Under the pieces are notes generated by a model that saw nothing but the letters and a program-made list of their open reading frames with translations, was not told where the DNA came from and did not search any database. A stretch of DNA of 64,000 nt from Verrucomicrobiota bacterium (lineage in GTDB: Bacteria > Verrucomicrobiota > Verrucomicrobiia > Limisphaerales > AAA164-E04), in assembly GCA_047947115.1 (NCBI GenBank), contig CP170459.1, positions 5,088,001 to 5,152,000 of the forward strand, in the 5' to 3' direction. Position numbers and translations under genes: made by a program. Position 1 is the stretch's first letter, and the number at the start of each line of letters is the position of its first letter. Positions 59,576-64,000 of this stretch are shown piece by piece.

Positions 59576-60394
59576 TCAATCATAACCCTGTTTGCGCTGG
59601 CGTGGATCCCAGAATTCGAGATTCACATCGGTCCCCGTTCGAGCTGGATCAGTGGGCGGGTTAATTTTCTCGGATTTTCGGAAATCAGCGTGACCGTCAT
59701 TGAACATCACATTACCGCCACCCTCATGGCGATTGGGATCGACACCTTCCAAGGCGTCCCCCTGACTGAAACCGGAAGTCGGCCACCAAAGGCTGCTACT
59801 CCAGGCGCCATCAGGTTTGGGCATGGAATCACCCACCACCAGGTTCATGGATGGGCTGCGCACATTGGATCGTTTAAAGTTGGGTAAAGAGTCAACTTTT
59901 CGCCCATTGATGGTCAACGTTCCGCCTCCATAGGGATGAATTCCCAGGAAGAATGCGTTGTAACCGTACCCCACCTTGTGTGCATCGAAAGCCCATTCCC
60001 AATCCACGTTCAAATCCTGACGACGGCGTTTGAGTGAATGACAGCGGAACAAATTGGACATATTGCCTTCCGGGATAATGGTCGTCCCCCACCAATTGGT
60101 CAGTATCTGAGCCGTGGAGGTGGTTCCATTGTTGCGGTGGGGAGGAAAGGTATCACTGTTGTCATCGGTATAAAACTGCATGAAAAGACCAATCTGACGC
60201 AGGTTGTTCATGCAGGCAATCCGTTGTCCCTTCTCCTTCGCCTTGCTGAGTGCAGGCAACAACATGCCCGCCAGAATGGCAATGATGGCAATGACCACCA
60301 GCAGCTCGATGAGAGTAAAAGCCCTCAAGCCCCACTTAGTTTTTGGCACGACGGTGCCGGACAATGCATTAACCGTGTTAGGGATCATGGTCAC
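59576..60394 (-). CDS. Prepilin-type N-terminal cleavage/methylation protein with H-X9-DG domain
   Basis: [46 protein letters not shown]. Confidence 0.92.
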   Translation of the reverse strand: MTMIPNTVNALSGTVVPKTKWGLRAFTLIELLVVIAIIAILAGMLLPALSKAKEKGQRIACMNNLRQIGLFMQFYTDDNSDTFPPHRNNGTTSTAQILTNWWGTTIIPEGNMSNLFRCHSLKRRRQDLNVDWEWAFDAHKVGYGYNAFFLGIHPYGGGTLTINGRKVDSLPNFKRSNVRSPSMNLVVGDSMPKPDGAWSSSLWWPTSGFSQGDALEGVDPNRHEGGGNVMFNDGHADFRKSEKINPPTDPARTGTDVNLEFWDPRQRKQGYD

Positions 60395-60607
60395 ATCAAT
60401 ACTGGATCAGTATTTTTTGGCAATGATAAACTTGGCAAACATGCAAAAGTGGGTGCGATTAAATGTGCGGGATGAATGGATTGTTGTTTCTCAATTTGAA
60501 AATTGACGGATCAGTTCCATGGGCGAAAATACCTTCCCTGCTAGATATGCTTAAGTCTTGTCGCCCATGTGGATTTCATCCAATCTTAGCTCAAATCCAA
60601 TTTAATC

Positions 60608-61570
60608 ATGAAAAAAGCAACAACAATACTGGCGTTGGCAGGTATGGCGCTGATGACAAACCTGGAAGCAGCCGACAAAATGAAGGCGCTCATCATCGAC
60701 GGACAAAACAACCACGGCATTTGGCCAAAGACCACGGTGATGATGAAATCCTATCTGGAGAAAAGCGGCCTGTTCACCGTGGATGTCGCCCGGACCGCTT
60801 TTACATGGCAGGGTGATAAGCTCATCCCTCAATACCCGGTCAAACTCGACCACGAAACCCAGGCCTTGCCCAAACCCAAATCAGACCCAAATTTCACCCC
60901 CACTTTCTCCGATTACGACCTGGTCGTGTCCAACTTCGGTTGGAATACCGCCCCTTGGCCCGATGCAACCAAAGCCGCCCTCGAAGCCTACATCAATGAT
61001 GGCGGGGGACTGGCAGTCGTCCATGCAGCCGACAATTCATTTGCAGAATGGCATGAATACAATCGCATGATCGGTCTCGGAGGATGGGGAGATCGCAATG
61101 AGAAATCCGGTCCATACGTCTACTATGATGACCACGGCCACCTGGTGCGCGACACCTCCCCGGGCCGCGGCGGATCGCATGGCAAACAGCACAACTATCT
61201 GGTCGAAACACGCGACGCCGACCATCCCATCACCAAAGGTCTCCCAAAGAAATGGCTGCACGCACAAGATGAACTTTATGATCGCCTGAGAGGACCGGCC
61301 GAGAACATGAACGTCCTAGCCACCGCCTTTTCGGATAAGGAAACTGGCGGCACCGGCAGGCATGAACCCATGCTCATCACCATTGAATACGGTCAAGGCC
61401 GCGTCTACCACACCCCCATGGGCCATGCCGATTATTCCATGGAATGCGTCGGATTCATCACCACCTTTGTCAGGGGCGCCGAATGGGCGGCAACAGGAAA
61501 AGTCACCTTGACAGAGGTTCCCGAGGATTTCCCTTCTCCAACCGAGGTCAAGCAACGCAAATTTGACTGA
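60608..61570 (+). CDS. ThuA-like domain secreted protein
   Basis: Signal peptide, LIIDGQNNH.W, GGGLAVVHAA, HPITKGLP, DELY, YGQGRVYHTPMGH. Confidence 0.88.
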   Translation: MKKATTILALAGMALMTNLEAADKMKALIIDGQNNHGIWPKTTVMMKSYLEKSGLFTVDVARTAFTWQGDKLIPQYPVKLDHETQALPKPKSDPNFTPTFSDYDLVVSNFGWNTAPWPDATKAALEAYINDGGGLAVVHAADNSFAEWHEYNRMIGLGGWGDRNEKSGPYVYYDDHGHLVRDTSPGRGGSHGKQHNYLVETRDADHPITKGLPKKWLHAQDELYDRLRGPAENMNVLATAFSDKETGGTGRHEPMLITIEYGQGRVYHTPMGHADYSMECVGFITTFVRGAEWAATGKVTLTEVPEDFPSPTEVKQRKFD

Positions 61571-61609
61571 TTTGATCGACATTTCCAAATCAGATCGTTT
61601 TTTCATGTG

Positions 61610-61640
61610 ACCCGAATCAAGCTCTGATTCGGGTTTTACT
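61610..61640 (+). terminator. Rho-independent terminator after the ThuA-like gene
   Basis: ACCCGAATCA-AGCTC-TGATTCGGGT followed by TTT. Confidence 0.75.
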
Positions 61641-61768
61641 TTGAAACAACCATCAAGTTTGAATTTGAACTTCAAAATCAACTCACCTCGCTTGTGTCAA
61701 TCGCTCACACTCAAATTGAAGGATTTTTGCAACAAAATCGGGCGTTGATCAGTATGTCTTAAAGATCT

Positions 61769-63166
61769 ATGCTGATGGCGATAGAAATAATGGAGGAACC
61801 GAATCAAGATCCGTCCGCAAAAACCAAATCCACACAGGGACAACATGCGGACAGCGACTGGCGTCATGCCGATGACACCGAACATGATGTATCGGCCAGA
61901 CACACCTCGCCTGACACAAAGGATCCCAGTCAGCCTCCAGCGCCGCCTTCTATTGAGGAACTTCAGACAGCCATCCCCGGTCTTGAAGTCCTGGAATTCA
62001 TCAGTCAGGGCGGTATGGGATCGGTTTTCAAAGCGAAGCAAAAGAACCTCGATCGCCTCGTGGCCCTCAAGGTGGTGCCGTCGAGTGGAGAAAACTCCCA
62101 TGTGGCGCATCCGGATCGTTTTTTACGCGAAGCCCGGACTCTGGCAAAATTGAGCCACCCCAACATCGTTCCGGTCTTTGATGTCGGACGCACGGATCAG
62201 TTTATCTATCTGATCATGGAATTTATTGAAGGAGACAACCTGCGCGGGCTCATGAGACGAAGTGCCCTGAGCATTCAATCCGTCCTTCGCATCATTTCCC
62301 AGACTTGCAATGCATTGGAATACGCGCATACCAAGCATGTTGTCCACCGCGATATTAAACCGGAAAACATCCTCATCAACCGGGAAGGCATTGTCAAAAT
62401 CGTGGATTTCGGCCTCGCCAAGATCAATGAGGGAACACAACGGGAATCCAACCTGACCGGAACACGGCAAATCATGGGTACCCCCAACTACATGTCCCCG
62501 GAACAAATCGAATGCACGCGTGAAGTCGATCATCGTTCGGACATCTATTCACTTGGGGTTGTGTTTTACGAACTGCTCACCGGGGAACTGCCGATCGGCC
62601 ACTTTGAACCGCCTTCTGCCATCCGGGGAAATCATGAACCTCTCGACCCTGTGGTGCTCAAAGCGCTTCAAAAAAGACCAGAGCAGCGCTACCAGAAAGT
62701 CAGTGAGCTGGACACCGACCTATCCAGTCTCCCGGAAATGGAAACGCCCAGAAAAACACCACCGGTGATCCATTCCCAGGACGCTGAGCAACCAACCATT
62801 AAGATCGCTTCATCCAGCCATGTCGGCCGCCCCAATCCCATCACATTTTTAAAAGCATTCGCTGCCCGAGAAAACTGGGGGCGTTTGGTTGGTTTGATCC
62901 TGATGCTTTTCAGCGAGCAATGGTTCTTCAACACAGGAGGCATCGTTCCTTGGTTGGGCCTCATGTTGACCGTAAAACTGGCGGCCACTCAATACGTCCG
63001 CCTCTGGCCGAACAACGAACGAAGTGCCCGCGTGATCGTTGGAGCGGCCTGGATCTCCGGCACCGCATTTGTAAACTGGCCCCCGATGGCAGAAGCAGCC
63101 GTCATCGTCACCGGCATCCTCTGGACCACCCGCCCCCCAAAACAAAAACAAGCGATCGAACTTTAA
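61769..63166 (+). CDS. Hanks-type Ser/Thr protein kinase with C-terminal hydrophobic helices
   Basis: QGGMGSVF, VALK, RFLREA, HRDIKPEN, DFGLAK, GTPNYMSPEQ, DIYSLG. Confidence 0.95.
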   Translation: MLMAIEIMEEPNQDPSAKTKSTQGQHADSDWRHADDTEHDVSARHTSPDTKDPSQPPAPPSIEELQTAIPGLEVLEFISQGGMGSVFKAKQKNLDRLVALKVVPSSGENSHVAHPDRFLREARTLAKLSHPNIVPVFDVGRTDQFIYLIMEFIEGDNLRGLMRRSALSIQSVLRIISQTCNALEYAHTKHVVHRDIKPENILINREGIVKIVDFGLAKINEGTQRESNLTGTRQIMGTPNYMSPEQIECTREVDHRSDIYSLGVVFYELLTGELPIGHFEPPSAIRGNHEPLDPVVLKALQKRPEQRYQKVSELDTDLSSLPEMETPRKTPPVIHSQDAEQPTIKIASSSHVGRPNPITFLKAFAARENWGRLVGLILMLFSEQWFFNTGGIVPWLGLMLTVKLAATQYVRLWPNNERSARVIVGAAWISGTAFVNWPPMAEAAVIVTGILWTTRPPKQKQAIEL

Positions 63167-63180
63167 TCATTCACTTTTCA

Positions 63181-64000
63181 AGAGACATACAAGACCAGGT
63201 TAGCGCTGATTTAAAGTGGATCATCGATTCCCCTCCTCTATTTGCTGGCGAAGACGGTCTGAATGCTTTAATCAAACACGAAACAGAGCCCCCCACGCTA
63301 CCAGCTTCAGTTGAACCATGGGATCCATCACCCTCCTCACACCGGGTTGGATTGTATTTTGAATCTCTGGTGGATCTATGGTTAAGGCAGAGATTCCATC
63401 TGAAGATGGAAGCCAGGCATCATCAGGTGTTCGACGGAAAGCGCACGGTGGGTGAGATCGATTTCTGTGTACGGGACAGGAATGGACACCGTTGGCATCT
63501 GGAGAGCACCATTAAGTTTTACCTTCATCACCCTTCATCGGCTTCCATCCATGGCAGTGCATTCATAGGACCGGACCCAAGGGACTCCTTTGAACGAAAA
63601 CATCAACATCTCATGCAGCGTCAGTTGAAGCTGAGCATTCCAGAACTCAGTCCTGTGGACCATGCGCTTCCCATTGCTCGCGGCATACTCTTTTATCATG
63701 CCGGGGAACCAAACCACCCAGACCGCCCCGATGGCGCCAACCCCGAACACCTACGAGGTCTTTGGATGAGGACTTCCGAGTGGCCCAGTGATCCACCTCC
63801 GGGAAGCAATCAAGTCGTGCATCTACCGAAACCCTACTGGCTAAGCGGACTCATGAATCCGGGGTTCACAAGCGAAGCGATGACATGGCAGCAAGCAGGA
63901 ACGAACATCCAATCACACTTTCAACATTCCAAATCCCCCTTGATGTTGAGCCTTCGAAGTGAAGAAACCGGTCCGGCCGTCGAAACACAACGATGCATCG
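63181..64000 (+). CDS. DUF1853-like protein (PD-(D/E)XK-like), 3' end beyond window; start unresolved
   Basis: My translation: DLKWIIDSP, RVGLYFESL, RTVGEIDF, HLESTIKFYL, IGPD.RDSF.RK, RGILFY, NPEHLRGLW, LPKPYWL. Not in the ORF track. Confidence 0.8.

Noticed and set aside
1..64000. tRNA, rRNA, integrase, transposase or cas genes
   Set aside because: None recognised by eye; tRNAscan-SE and Infernal would be needed to exclude small RNAs.

Overview
Bacterial chromosomal window, most consistent with a Verrucomicrobiota (PVC superphylum) genome. The basis is the PVC-type L28, three cytochrome-c/DUF1501- or DUF1552-type gene pairs, two prepilin-like H-X9-DG proteins and Verrucomicrobia-style secreted proteins. 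Housekeeping genes are monomeric icd (cut by the left edge), an EF-G paralogue, rpmB and ileS. Accessory content includes a U32-family protein with a coupled ferredoxin, an S9 peptidase, an arsR-arsD-arsA operon with no efflux pump or reductase, a sialidase, a phosphotriesterase, AlkB, an SSS transporter with a small partner membrane protein, a three-gene C-methyl-sugar cassette, a vapBC-type pair with a dead toxin, two tandem helical-repeat paralogues, a Ser/Thr kinase and a DUF1853-like gene (cut by the right edge). The most unusual item is a ~1700-codon secreted protein that joins a caspase/legumain-like (clan CD) His-Cys domain to Ig, Ca-binding, CSLREA-like and long beta-helix modules, split by one in-frame TAG. 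Three genes carry single lesions and one decayed gene duplicate is present. I recognised no rRNA, tRNA, CRISPR array or transposase. Family assignments come from motif recognition by eye, not database searches.
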